Source: Centroscyllium fabricii
Taxonomy: Eukaryota
Direction of reading: 5' to 3'
NCBI GenBank assembly: GCA_051313645.2
Contig: JBNRSN020000011.1
Location: forward strand, 120,838,001-120,902,000
Length of the DNA stretch: 64,000 nucleotides
In this document: positions 48,230-60,469 of the stretch, piece by piece
Numbering within the stretch: the first letter of the stretch is position 1
How the letters are laid out: each line of letters opens with the position of its first letter
The notes under the pieces: model-generated
Seen by the model: only the letters and a program-made list of their open reading frames with translations
Databases searched by the model: none
What the model was told of the DNA's origin: nothing
Position numbers and translations under genes: made by a program

Positions 48230-48448
48230 CTGGCCTACATGTGACTCCAGACCTACAGCAATGTGGTTGACTCTTAATGCCCTCTGAAATGGCCTAGCAA
48301 GCCACTCAGTTGTAAACAACCGCTACGAAAAACAATGGTTCAAGAAGGCGGCTCACCACCATCTTCTCGAAGGCAATTAGGGATGGGCACTAAATGCAGG
48401 CCCAGCCAGCCAGCGACGCCCACATCCCATCAATGAATTTTTAAAAAA
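48230..48448 (+). mobile_element. SINE-like bipartite derivative of the tRNA-headed LINE (5'UTR fused to 3' tail)
   Basis: 48230-48336 matches the LINE 5'UTR and 48337-48448 matches the LINE 3' end. Confidence 0.85.
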
Positions 48449-48723
48449 CCTGAAAAAAAATTAAAAATGTAACTTTGCTGTATTTCAGTCTGTGCAAAAG
48501 CTAAAGTGGTGCAAGGACATACCGGGTCACCTAAATGCCATTGAACAACTCCACATTTGCGTTAGGTTGATATGAAGCCAAAACTGCTTCACAGTAAATG
48601 CAGAACGTATATAGTAAGTGGTCTGTAATAAATTAATCTACATGTCCTGCAAAGCTAAACTTTAAAAATATACGCAATGACTGAACTGTATTACACAAAA
48701 GGTTAAAATCTTGCATCTTGCAC

Positions 48724-49108
48724 GGGCGGCACGGTGGCACAGTGGTTAGCGCTGTTGTCTCACAGCTCTGGAGACCCGGGTTCAAATCCAGCCTCGGGTA
48801 CTATCTGTGTGGAGTTTGCACATTCTCCCCGTGTCTGCGTGGGTTTCCTCCGGGTGCTCCGGTTTCCTCCCACAGTCCAAAGATGTGCGGGTTAGGTTGA
48901 TTGGCCATGATAAATTGACCCTTAGTGTTAGGGGGATTGAATATGTGGGGTTACGGGGATAGGGTGGGATATGTGTCGATGTAGGCTCGATAGGGATTGA
49001 GGGATATGGTGAGAGGGCAGGGGCGGGATACTGGGTTTGGATGATCAGCCATGCAGGCTCGAAGGGCCGAATGGCCTACTCCTGCTCCTAGTTTCTATGT
49101 TTCTATGT
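48724..49108 (+). mobile_element. HE1-type V-SINE, full length
   Basis: A and B boxes, V domain, CR1 tail and (tttctatg)n. Confidence 0.92.
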
Positions 49109-49189
49109 TATGATCATTCATTATCATCAGTAGATAAATTAAGCCAGCCTTAAAAGTACACATTACATCCCACATCTAATTATTAAAAA

Positions 49190-49581
49190 CGGCGAGTGCA
49201 TGCGCAGATCATTCACTATGAAGTTTTTAACGATCTGCGCATGCGCTGCTGAACAATCCCGGACCTGGCCTTCCCGAGCTGGGGCTTCCCGAGCTGGGCC
49301 TTGCCTCGCCTTACCGAGCCGGGCCTCGCCTTACTGAGCCTTCCCTCGCCTGGCCTGGCCTCGCCTTCCTGAGCCTGGCCTTGCCTTACCGAGCCGGGCC
49401 TTACCGAGCCTCACCGAACGCTAAGCACATGCGCAGAGCACTCAAAATGGTCGCCGACCTTTCGCGGTGGCCATTTTGAATGGTCTGCGCATGCGCTCGC
49501 CGAAGCTTCAATCGTTTGGGATTTTCACTTTCCCGGCACGGGCCTGGTCCCGCCCGTGCCGGATTAACGGTGCTCAACCTG
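49190..49581. mobile_element. truncated MITE of the CAGGTTGAGCACCG family
   Basis: Right TIR ggattaacggtgctcaacctg, gcgcatgcgc motifs and internal ggcctcgccttaccgagcc repeats. Confidence 0.8.
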
Positions 49582-50199
49582 GATATCCTTTCTCAAATAT
49601 GGAAACCAAAACTGTACGCGGTATTCCAGATGATGCCTCACCAGTACCCTGTATAACTGCAGCAAGACTTCCCTGTTTTTATACTCCATCCCCCTTGCAA
49701 TTACTGTGCTGTCTCACAGCGATTTTAACACATTGATACATGCCCCACTTAGTTTGACCACACGAAAAATACATCTGATTTGAGTGGTTGCTGTATTTTT
49801 TGCTTCCGAATTGTAAATGACAGTCCTCATGATATATCAATTATATCGTGACAATGGTAACAATGAAGCATGAAATCAGTAACTCCCCACTGCAGCCATG
49901 TATAACCTGACAAAGATAGTCATTAAGTTTCAATAGTGCTTAATTTGCACAATGAAATATTTTTTAACTCAACATTTGTAACATTCAAAGGTCACCACTG
50001 TATGCATTTAATCAATTACATATTTTTACTTTTTGATATTTTGTTCAGTATTCAGAACTAAAATGAAAGATAATTACAAACTGGTCCTATTTCCAAAATA
50101 AAAATCCATGCAGTACAATAATAATACAGGGCCAGGGCTGCAACTTGATTTCTGTTTGCATCAGAAGGTAAGCCCAAATGAAAAATTATATTGAACAAA

Positions 50200-50520
50200 G
50201 GCAAAATACTGCGGATGCTGGAAATCTGAAACAAACAGAACATGCTGGAAATACTGAGTGGGTCAGGCAGTATCTGTGGAGAGAGAAGCAGAGTTAACGT
50301 TTCAGGTCAATGACCTTTCATCTGAACTGGAAAAGGTTACAGATGTATTTTAAGCAAATACAGAGGCAGGGAAAGGGGGCAAGGTAGGGTAGCAAAGAAC
50401 AAAATGGAAGGTCTGTGATAGGGTGGAAGGCAGGAGAGATTAAATGACAAAAGGGATGATGGTGCGAGGCAAAAAGGGGTGGCAATGGGACAAGAAACAA
50501 AAGATGTGACTGGAAAAGAT
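50200..50520 (-). mobile_element. PLE pseudo-LTR fragment (family 2) with a degenerate hammerhead at 50292-50328
   Basis: Starts gcaaaatactgcggatgctggaaatc, as at 45939. Motif AGUU-CAGAUGA-A-AGGUCAuUGACCU-GAAA-CG-UU-AACU. Confidence 0.75.
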
Positions 50521-52224
50521 GATATTGTACATTCTTTCTTACTCACAAAACAAGAGGCGCATGTTGAACTTTCAATCACATCGCATAAATGTGATCATTT
50601 ATCATAATTCCAGACAAGTATTTATGATTTCTAAGCTTGTGCACGGTGTCTACAATATAACGAGATTGATGGAAAGCCTAAATGAAACCGCAAGGAAACC
50701 ACAAAAGGAAACTACACTCTGGAACCCAAACCACTTTAGGGACCAATTACAGAAATCCACTGACGAGAATGTAGTCTGCTCAGAGAGACTGTCTCCATAG
50801 TTGTAAACATGCGATTCACTCTACAGGTGTGCCATTTGTAAACTGACATTTCTCCTCCTTGCCTTTCCCACAAACCGTGCTGGCACCCTCTGAAGAGGGC
50901 AGATAGCTCAACCTTCACTATTTTTTTGTTAAAACCGCTATTTGATCAATCCTCCACACCCCGTTGTAGGAAAGGATTAAGCATAAATCCTGATCAATAC
51001 AGGGACACAAGCATGATTGTTGGCAGAGAATAAGCACTTCAGTGTTGTACAAACTAGTCTTATATCCACTTATATGCTGTAGAGAGGCTCGTGTCTATAA
51101 TGACCTTCTGTCACAATAGCACATTAATCATTCAAGATTGAGCCTGTACTGAGACGACCCATTATCAGCCCCAAAGGTAGTCATTATAGGCAGCAATGTA
51201 CTGTATTCAGAACCGACTGACCAGTGACCACCGCATTTCATTTCAACGGACTGAGGGTTCTTCAGAGCTCATGCTCCCAAAGGTCTTCATAAAATCAAAT
51301 TTCTGACACTTTAAGGGGAAATATCAGAAATAATCAGAGAATGGGTTACCTTTGCCTCAGAACTTTGCTTCCAAACAAATCCTGTATATTTGCTGTCAAC
51401 AGTGTAAACCTCTGAAATGTTGTGGTGATACCCCTGAGAATTTGGATCAAGGTTTCAGATTCTCTGCCTTCTAGAAGTTCAAACATTTCAAAATCCCCCC
51501 AGCAAAGACTTTCACTAGTTCATTAATATATTAAAGATTTCTGATAAAACCCAGTCATGGAAATTGTTTTAAAATGCATTCCAAAATCCAAAAGATAAAG
51601 GGCAGAATAATTTCCAAGTTGCTTTCTGAACACAGAAAAGTATGGCATTTTTACTTATAAAACATACACCCTGAAGAGGAGAAAATTACAATCAATTAAT
51701 CTTTTTAATAGGAAAGAATAAACCTGGAATTGTTACACAAAAGGTACAGTACTCAGTTCAACACTGCATTCACTATTGTCAGGTCCAAATATAAATAATG
51801 ACACGCCAAAATTTTAAGATAGCTTTTACATCTGGAATTTTTAAGATAGAAATTGTTACTTAACGCAATGTTTACTGCTCCAGCTCTTCAACAGGTTTTG
51901 TAACTAAATGCTCTACCGTCAATGTATTTGCTAAAAGGCAGGTAAGTCGGCACACAAATAGCATGCAGAGGTCGGTGAACTTGAGTGCATGTTTCCCAGG
52001 GACCAGAATCTCAGATCTACAGGACATAGATGGGTGAGCTGAGGAAAGGCGAGTGAGATGGAACTGTTGTTGCCTTTTCTGCAAGGACAAATGACAATGG
52101 ATAAAAAAGTGCTCTTTTATCGGACAACTTCAGTCAGCTGACCAGAGCATTGTGGAGCAAAGGTGCAAGAGTTGTGATTTCACAAAAAAACAGGATAAAT
52201 GGGCTCAACGTGTGTCTGGAGAAT

Positions 52225-52720
52225 CTATCCAAGACATTGGCCGCAATTCGAGGACATTCTCTGAGGAACTAAGCTTTTGAAATAATCTGGGTGCTTTGAG
52301 GTTCCGAGAGAGTACGGAGGCAGCTACTGAGAAAGGTTTAAAGCAATCAATCAATTTCCACACTCGGCTTAGAAAACTGGGGCTTTACTACAGAAAAGCG
52401 TAGACTTCGAGGAGATTTGATTGAGGTCGTTAAAATACCGAAAGGGTTAGTTCGGTTCCACACGAGTAGGCTATTTTAGTTAGATAGGTTAGAGGGGACC
52501 AGAGGATATGCATAAAATAGAACCAGATTAAATATCAGGAGGCTTTGGAACAAGTTGCCAGCTTATGCAGAGAGTGTGGATTTACATCAAAAGGGCAAGT
52601 TCCTAACTGTGGCTGACATCACAGCACACAGACGGTAGATGGGGTGTTGTGCGACACCTCCCAGTCACTGTGTTCGCCTGGAATTTATCTGATCGCTTTC
52701 AGGGGTCGGAGAGGAATTTC
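52225..52720 (+). mobile_element. very old CR1 3' fragment
   Basis: Remnants ttagaaaactggggctt...gaggagatttgattgaggt. Confidence 0.55.
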
Positions 52721-53574
52721 TCTCACTAATCCAGGGCACGGAGGCAAATGATAGCACCCCAATTCCCACCCTAACTGAAATCAGCTAACCACACAGCCAA
52801 GACTGAACCTGGCCTGGATGGTTCAGCTCCTCCTAGTGTCAAACTTCATTATCATTTATCAAGCTCCCCCACCTGCCCCAGTGAATTCATTTTCCTAATT
52901 TGTTACCCTATGGCTAAGCATGAAGTATTTCGAAGAACAGTTTTACACTGCTTGATAATAATGGGGTGGGGGGGCGGCGGTGAAATCACGCTTCCATTTT
53001 ATCCCAATTTTCCTACTCAACAATGGCAACCAAACTTCCTTCAGCTATCTGGGTGGACTGTAATTGTGTAGCAGCCATTGTGCCATTCTGTGCAAGTATC
53101 CCATCTAGTCAGAACCAAGTGCTACAGAAGCTCAACCATTGAAGACAATTGAGGTTGAACGGCAACGAAGAGCAGAATTTGAATTCAAGTTCTCTGAAAA
53201 TCCAACACAGTACCAATTAGTGTACCTCTAGTTAGGCTGAAGTAAAGGAGTGCCACAAAGATTTGTGTATGATTTTTTATTGTTTAAAAACTATACAATT
53301 ATAATTTTACGATCTGCTGGCATGTAGTGCTGAATCACCAGAATTAATTAGTGGATTCGGACCATGGCAGCAAAACATCTAGAACAGTTTAAATAAATGC
53401 CAATGGAGAAGCATTAAGGCTTGACGCTGTGCATCAATTAACCCTTCTTAGTCAATTTTCTTATTTGACATTGGAGGAAATGCTGAACACAAGTGAAACA
53501 ATGGAACAGATGGTGCAAGTCTGCATGACAGACTTTTGTTGGATTTCAAAAAGCTCAACCCAGTTCAGTAGACA

Positions 53575-53722
53575 TGATGTGGAGGTGCCGGTGTTGGACT
53601 GGGGTGGACAATTTTAAGAAGTCACACAACACCAGGTTATAGTCCAACAGTTTTATTTGAAATCACAAGCTTTCGGAGCGCAGCTCCTTCCTTAGGTGAA
53701 GTGACGAGATTCATTTAAACAC
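53575..53722 (-). mobile_element. PLE pseudo-LTR (family 1) with a degenerate hammerhead at 53663-53699
   Basis: Same sequence as 34620-34762. Core CUAAGGA...GGAGC ugc GCUCC GAAA GC UU GUGA. Confidence 0.8.
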
Positions 53723-53726
53723 AGTA

Positions 53727-54239
53727 CAGGTTGCGCATCGGAAGTCCGGCACGGGCGGGACTAGGCCCGTGCCGGGAAAGTGAAAAAACCGGCAGAATGA
53801 AGCCGGTCAGTGCGCATGCGCGCACCATGCAAAATGGCCGCGCGCATGCGCACAACATTGAAAATGACCGCCGAACGTCTTCGTGGAGTCTCAGCTGACG
53901 GCCAGCAGGCTGCTCCAGGAAACGCGCGCTTCACCTTGGCGGGTGCTTGGGACTCGCACATTCAAAACGCGGCGCGAGCCGCCGCGCCCTGATGCCACGG
54001 AAGGCCCGGCGGCCGTTTTGAATGATCTGCGCATGCGCTAGCCATCCGGCGACGCATGCGCAGATCATTCAAAACACCCGGCAGCCGTTTTGAATGATCT
54101 GCGCATGCGCTCGCCGTTTGGCGGCGAATGCGCAGATCATTCGCCGAAGCCGCAATCGCGGCTGCCATCTTGCGCATGCGCAGTGCAGTTGGGCAATTTG
54201 TTCCGGCAGACTGAAGCTGCCGGCGTTTCGGGTCACGGA
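53727..54239. mobile_element. MITE of the NRF1/YY1-motif family, right end missing
   Basis: TA|caggttgcgcatcgg..tccggcacgggcggga with many gcgcatgcgc and aaaatggccg motifs. Confidence 0.75.
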
Positions 54240-54569
54240 TATATATATATACCCGTAGTACATTTATGAGGGACATTATATGTAGTACATTTATGGGGGA
54301 CATTATATACCCGTAGTCAGTGTTGTCCGTGAGCGCGCTAAATGAGCGCGCGTTCACGAACGCGTTCACATTTGCGTGAACGCTGAACGAGCGCGCTCTT
54401 TCCCAGCAGCCTGAGCGAAAACGTGAGCGCCGCTCTGTTTGGAGTGAGTGAGCGGCGCTCTTCACGAGTCTGAATCGCTGCTGCTTGGGTCGGCGTCTCC
54501 AAGCCATCGGGACGGTAAGTGTCTGTCTCTGCACTGACTGCTCTGCGGGACTTTGCTTTGCAAAAAAAT

Positions 54570-55662
54570 CTCTCTCTCTGTCGGGGAGAGGAGAGAGAGA
54601 CGGGCGGGCGGCGGGGGGGAGAGAGAGACGGGCGGGGAAAGAGAGACGGGCGCGGGGCGGGGGGGGGAGGAGGAGAGAGAGACGGGCGGGGGGGGAGGAG
54701 GAGAGAGAGATGGGGAGGAGGAGAGAGAGACGGGGAGGAGAGAGAGACGGGCGGAGGGGGGGAGGAGAGAGAGACGGGTGGAGGGGGGGAGGAGAGAGAG
54801 ACGGGCGGGGGGGGAGAGAGAGACGGGCGGAGGGGGGGAGGAGAGAGAGACGGGAGGGGGGGAGGAGAGAGAGACGGGAGGGGGGGAGGAGAGAGAGACG
54901 GGCGGGGGGGGAGAGAGAGACGGGCGGGGGGGGAGAGAGACGGGCGGGGGGGGAGAGAGACGGGCGGGGGGGGGAGAGAGACGGGCGGGGGGGGAGAGAG
55001 ACGGGCGGGGGGGGAGAGAGACGGGCGGGGGGGGGAGAGAGACGGGCGGGGGGGGGAGAGAGACGGGCGGGGGGGGAGAGAGACGGGCGGGGGGGGAGAG
55101 AGACGGGCGGGGGGGGAGAGAGACGGGCGGGGGGGGGAGAGAGACGGGCGGGGGGGGGAGAGAGACGGGCGGGGGGGGAGAGAGAGACGGGCGGAGGGGG
55201 GGAGGAGAGAGAGACGGGCGGAGGGGGGGAGGAGAGAGAGACGGGCGGGGGGGGGAGAGAGACGGGCGGGGGGGGGAGAGAGACGGGGGGGGGAGAGAGA
55301 GACGGGGGGGGGAGAGAGAGACGGGGGGGGAGAGAGAGACGGGGGGGGGAGAGAGAGACGGGGGGGGGGAGAGAGAGATGGGGGGGGGGAGGGGGAGAGA
55401 GACGGGGGGAGAGAGAGACGGGGGGAGGGGGAGAGAGACGGGGGGAGAGAGAGACGGGGGGGGGAGAGAGAGACGGGGGGGGGAGAGAGAGACGGGGGGG
55501 GGGGAGAGAGAGACGGGGGGGGGGGGGGAAGAGAGACGGGGGGGGGAAGAGAGACGGGGGGGGGGGGGGAAGAGAGACACGGGGGGTAAGAGAGTCACGG
55601 GGGGGGAAGAGACAAAGGGGGGGGAAGAGACAAAGGGGGGGGGTGTCTCTCTCTCTCTCTCT
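54570..55662. repeat. purine-rich minisatellite (GGGCGGGGGGGGAGAGAGAC)n inside the hAT element
   Basis: Directly visible ~20-bp G/A-rich units. Confidence 0.95.
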
Positions 55663-55666
55663 CATT

Positions 55667-56054
55667 TAGAAAGATAGGAGCAGGAGTCGGCCATTCAGCC
55701 CTTCAAGCCTGCTCCACCATTCAATGAGATCATGGCTGATCATCCAAACCCTGTAACCCGCCCCTGCCCTCTCCCCATTATCCCTCGATCCCTATCGAGC
55801 CTGCACTGACACATATCCCACCCTATTCCCATATATTCAATCCCCCTAACACTAAGGGTCAGTTTATCATGGCCAATCAACCTAACCCTGCACATCTTTG
55901 GACTGTGGGAGGAAACCGGAGCACCCGGAGGAAACCCACGCAGACACGGGGAGAATGTGCAAACTCCACACAGATAGTACCCAAGGCTGGATTTGAACCC
56001 GGGTCTCCAGTGCTGTGAGACAGCAGTGCTAAGCACTGTGCCACCGTGCCGCCC
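55667..56054 (-). mobile_element. HE1-type V-SINE nested in the hAT element
   Basis: Full tRNA head, V domain and CR1 tail. Confidence 0.9.
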
Positions 56055-56831
56055 TATATACTCAGCCTGTGTATATACATACAGACAGTTCTCTATATCG
56101 GATATTTGTTCCTCCTGCTTCATAATTTGCATTGAGGATGTTCTATTGAAAAATAATAGCTCGGGGCAGCGCATTAGAAGAAAAAAAAAAAAAAACGAAC
56201 TTTGAACTAGTTCATTTTTGAGCTGCGAACTTAAGTTCAAAATTCAAAATTATGAACTATGAACTTGAACTAGTTCATTTTAAAATGATTGAACTGAACT
56301 TTGAGCTAGCTCTTGTTAAGTGTGAACTTTCCCAACACTGCCCGTAGTACATTTATGAGGGACATTCAGTACTCCAAAGACTTAATAATCTCCATTTGTG
56401 TTCGTTTTTACTGATGGGAAGGAAGATATATATATATATCTTTGGAGTACTGAATGTCCCTCATAAATGTACTACGGGTAGGTTATGACCATACTATCAC
56501 TACCACAACATTTCATAAGACTGTGCTCTACAAAATTACAAAGTTAAACAAAATAAGAGTAATATATACAAAACAAATAGTGCTTTAGATCTATTTTACA
56601 GAATGAGTATTAAAATTACTACTTTGCAATAGATCATTCAGCATTCATTATTTGTTTTTAAATTGAAAGATAATTTTTCTAGAGCGAAAAGTTAATTGTA
56701 ATTTTCTAAGTTGAATCTCCTTCCCTGCTCCCAGTGAGTCAGTGGTGAATGTACTGCTTGGTAGTGTTAGGAACCCAACAGACCCAGAATGTCCCACATT
56801 CAATCCCTGTGTCGCACTAGCCAATGTCAGT

Positions 56832-57115
56832 CAGAACCAGGCGTCACAGTCTAATGATAAGTGGTAAGCCATTTAGGACTGAGATGAGGATCAATTTCTT
56901 CACCCAGACAGTGGTGAACCTGTGGCATTCTCTACCACAGAAGGCAGTGGAGGCCAATTCATTAAATATATTCAAGAAGGAGTTGGATATATTCCTTAAG
57001 GCTAAAAGGATCAAGGGATATGGGGAGAAGGCAGGGACAGGGTACTGAATTTGGATGATCAGCCATGATCTCATTAAATGGTGGAGCAGGCTCGAGGGGC
57101 CGAATGTTTCTATGT
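56832..57115 (+). mobile_element. CR1 3' end inserted in an old SINE
   Basis: FRTEMRINFFTQTVVNLWHSLP plus the family tail. Confidence 0.85.
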
Positions 57116-58169
57116 TAATAACAGTGAGGGTCATGAACGGACATCAGCAATCCAGGGCTGGGGGGTGAAAGGAGAAGGCAAGGCATGGCATGGAAAATAA
57201 TTAGTCCTGGTTCTGTGCCCGATTGTTATCCATTGACTCTTGCATGAAGTGTGTGTGGGGCCGGGGTGGGCGGTGGAAATAGAATCAGTTTGGCTTTTGG
57301 GCTTCTGCAGTCAAATACTTGTCAACGCTCTCATCCTAGACTCACATTTACAAAGAAAAGTTGCTTGGGTGAGGTACCATATTCCAAAATAGCCTTTGGG
57401 AAAGAACAGGTACAAAAAAAAATTGGGTAAATCAAAACATTGGACAAAAATATTGCTCTGTTGAGTTATGAAGTTCTATTGCACAATTCATAACTCTTGA
57501 AAGCAGACGGAACACCAGAGCATCAATCTGGTCATCTATTTAAACAAAATAGTTTCACCTGGAAACATTTGGCTTTCAGCAATAACATTTCAACAGCAAA
57601 ATTAACAAAGTTGATGCCTAGTCACAAACTACCTAACTCATAAGTATATATACACACAACAGCAGCCAAGGATGTGGAAATCAAAGCTTACAGGAGTGAA
57701 CAGAAAAAGCCATCTGCCATTGTGTGTTAAGTCTCGTCAGTTCTTACACAAAATTCTACTGTGTCCACCTACCATTACAGAGCAATGCAATTCCCCCAGC
57801 CAAGGGGGTAATTACTATATAAATAGAAGAAAAGGTTGGAAAAGTAAAAGATCATATTCATATAGCTCCATTGCAACCTCCAGTTAGGCATCATTAAAAA
57901 TACCTAACATACCTAACATAAGAGAAACTCTTAGAATGACTTGGAAGACACTTTGAGAGAGTCAGATATTGTTAAATTAGAATGCAATATTACATACAAT
58001 ATTAACAAGTTTCTGTTCATTTAACTTTTATTGAAAATTTGTTTCATTAATACGATGTCTTGAAATGATTTGACTACCAACCCTGCTGCGTGCCATTAGT
58101 GGGAATGAGTTATTTTTGGAACCAAACATTTTCTTCAGCAAATCTGATAGCTATGTTGTGAAAAACATT

Positions 58170-58808
58170 GGGGTAGAGTTTCCACTTGTTTATGCGAGTA
58201 ATAGCCGCGCAATCTGGGTGGCATCAACCAAACCAGCGCAAAAAATCTGGAAATTTTAAAACATAACTGAGTTACGCCAAAAACCACGTACATCTGTGTT
58301 TTCCGCACGCTTTTACACTGGTTCCTGATTCAATTCACCTGTTCAGGTCCCGCCCACAAAACTGGCCACACCCCAAGTCAAAATTGCGAGATTCTACCAA
58401 TTGCGCTTGTTTGGGAAGTCTTTACAAATTACACTCACTGACTAGTGTAGGCCAATTAAACTATTAGATGATTAAGTATAGTGTGTCATTTTCAGTGATT
58501 TTAAATCAGGTGGAGGACTGGACACCTCATTAAAAAATGCTTACTTTTGGTGATAACCATTTTCAACTGTATTAATAAAACTGCGTCAGGTTGCCACTCT
58601 TAAATACATTAAGGAATACTTTGGAAAAAACCGAAAAGAAACAATTATGTTCTATTACGCTGCCTGACTGCACTAGTTCATGGAAGATTTTCCATTTGAG
58701 ATGATGCAGATTGATTTTAGCGAAAACTAGAACTGTAACCTACAGTACAATTTCACACATATACTGGACGTAATTTCCCGAATGCGTCCAAAGCGGAAAC
58801 TCCACCCC
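58170..58808. mobile_element. MITE, probably Harbinger-like
   Basis: att|gggtagagtttccactt ... aagcggaaactccacccc|att. Confidence 0.7.
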
Positions 58809-59756
58809 ATTGTACTTAACCACTGGCAGCAATAATACTGTTCAATTAATAAGCAGATTCTTCCAATGTACAATGTATTGATATCATAAACCAGCAGATT
58901 TGCCTTTCCAAGAAAAAATGAGACCCAAACAGGTCAGGAAACAAAGGAGGAAAAAATAACTCCTGTGCCCAAGGGCTCAGGGAAAACGCTACAATCAGAA
59001 ACAAAGAGAGGATGAAGGAAATGACAAGCACTCAAAAGCTAGACACGCAGTCTCCAAGCAAACAAGGAAGCAGAACAAGCAAACAAGTAACAATCAGCTG
59101 CAAACTAATCTTCCTGTAATTTGAATATGTTCTTTTGATTACAACTTAAGTTTGACAAAGTTGCAGAAATCGCAAAACTGGACTACACCATCAGATTCCA
59201 ATTTCATAAGTACTGTCTTCATGGCTAATTCTACTCAAAGACTTGAAATCGAAATCTCATTTAAACAACTGATTAATCCATCACAACTCTTTGGTTTAAT
59301 TTAAATATTACATCCAAGACCAGTGCCAAAATCACAAGCATGTGGTTCAACTCATTTAAATATGGATCCAAGTAGGGTCGTGATGGGGAGGCAAGGAGTG
59401 AAGGAGGGGGAAAATTATTTATTAAAAAAAATGCTCGTCTTCATTTTTATATAAAAGGTACAAAATTATTGCTTGCTCTTGCGGCAGTTAATTTTCAAGT
59501 TACTACAACATGATTCTGAATGGCAGCTAGCAACAAAACAAAGTAAACCATAACCCATCAGGAAAACTGAACACAACCACTTAATTAACTTATGGAAACA
59601 TTTATAATTCTTCAGAGTATGAATGATCATTAGTTACAGAAACTGAAAACTATCACAGCAACCAGTAAACAAGAACCACATTACTGTGCAGCTGATGTGA
59701 CCCTTAAAAATATTATTCATTTTCAAATGAAATGCATATTTCTCAGAAAAAAGTTA

Positions 59757-60130
59757 AAGGTACACAATCCTATATCCGAAAACCTTGGGACCGGACGGTT
59801 ATTGGATTTCGGATATTTTCAGTTTTCGGAATGGTTGCATTAACATTAATATTTCTGCAGCGAACCTTGTGAACATTCACAAAAAGTGGGATAAAAAGGC
59901 TATAAGCAGTTTATAAATACTCTAGTAAAGTTGTTGTAAAAATATCGGAGATCAGCGGTCGGGTGCTGGGAGCATCGGGGCCGTTGGGTATGGGTGCCGG
60001 GCGCATCGGGGCCTGCGTGGCCGGGCACATCAGGGCCTGCGTGGCCTGAGCGCCGGGTCATATTTCGCGCGCAACTCGGGTCATTTGTAATTTCGGTTTT
60101 CGGAGTCGCGGATAAAGGATTGTGTACCTG
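59757..60130. mobile_element. Tc1/mariner-type MITE with short GC-rich internal repeats
   Basis: TA|aaggtacacaatcctatatccg ... cggataaaggattgtgtacctg|TA with gcatcggggcc repeats. Confidence 0.85.
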
Positions 60131-60164
60131 TATAGATGGCGTGTTCGAAGTTGCAGGTCAAGAA

Positions 60165-60257
60165 TAAATGTAAGAAGTCACACAACACCAGGTTATCGTC
60201 CAACAGTTTTATTTGAAATCGCAAGCTTTCGGAGCGTTGCTCCTTCCTCCGGTGAAG
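60165..60257 (-). mobile_element. PLE pseudo-LTR fragment (family 1) with a degenerate hammerhead at 60219-60255
   Basis: aagaagtcacacaacaccaggttat...gctttcggagcgttgctccttcctccggtga. Confidence 0.75.
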
Positions 60258-60469
60258 GAAGATGAGAAGAGATTGTGACCGTGTCCATGGTGCGCTGAGG
60301 ATCTCTCTCACACACACACACACAGTGGGTTATTTTGGTCATGAAAAACAATTAATCATTCTCCATTTAACAGAATATGACACAGGAAGCGGAGAACAAT
60401 GCTTTCAGTGTAAAGCACTTCTTCCCTACATAGGTTGTTCACCATTTACATAAATATTTTGGACTTTGG

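Larger units (their letters stand above)
54318..56340. mobile_element. non-autonomous hAT element
   Basis: cccgtagt|CAGTGTTG ... CAACACTG|cccgtagt, an 8-bp TSD. Subterminal tgaac/gttca repeats at both ends. Confidence 0.9.
54310..56478. mobile_element. short long-TIR MITE (TA-flanked, CCCGTAG ends) split by a hAT insertion
   Basis: 40-bp perfect TIR cccgtagtacatttatgagggacattcagtactccaaaga at 56341-56380 and 56439-56478. Extra partial TIR copies at 54252-54304. Confidence 0.75.

Noticed and set aside
53962-55677. 350-570 aa Pro-rich or Gly/Arg/Glu-rich ORFs (extensin-like)
   Set aside because: Translations of the G/A minisatellite.
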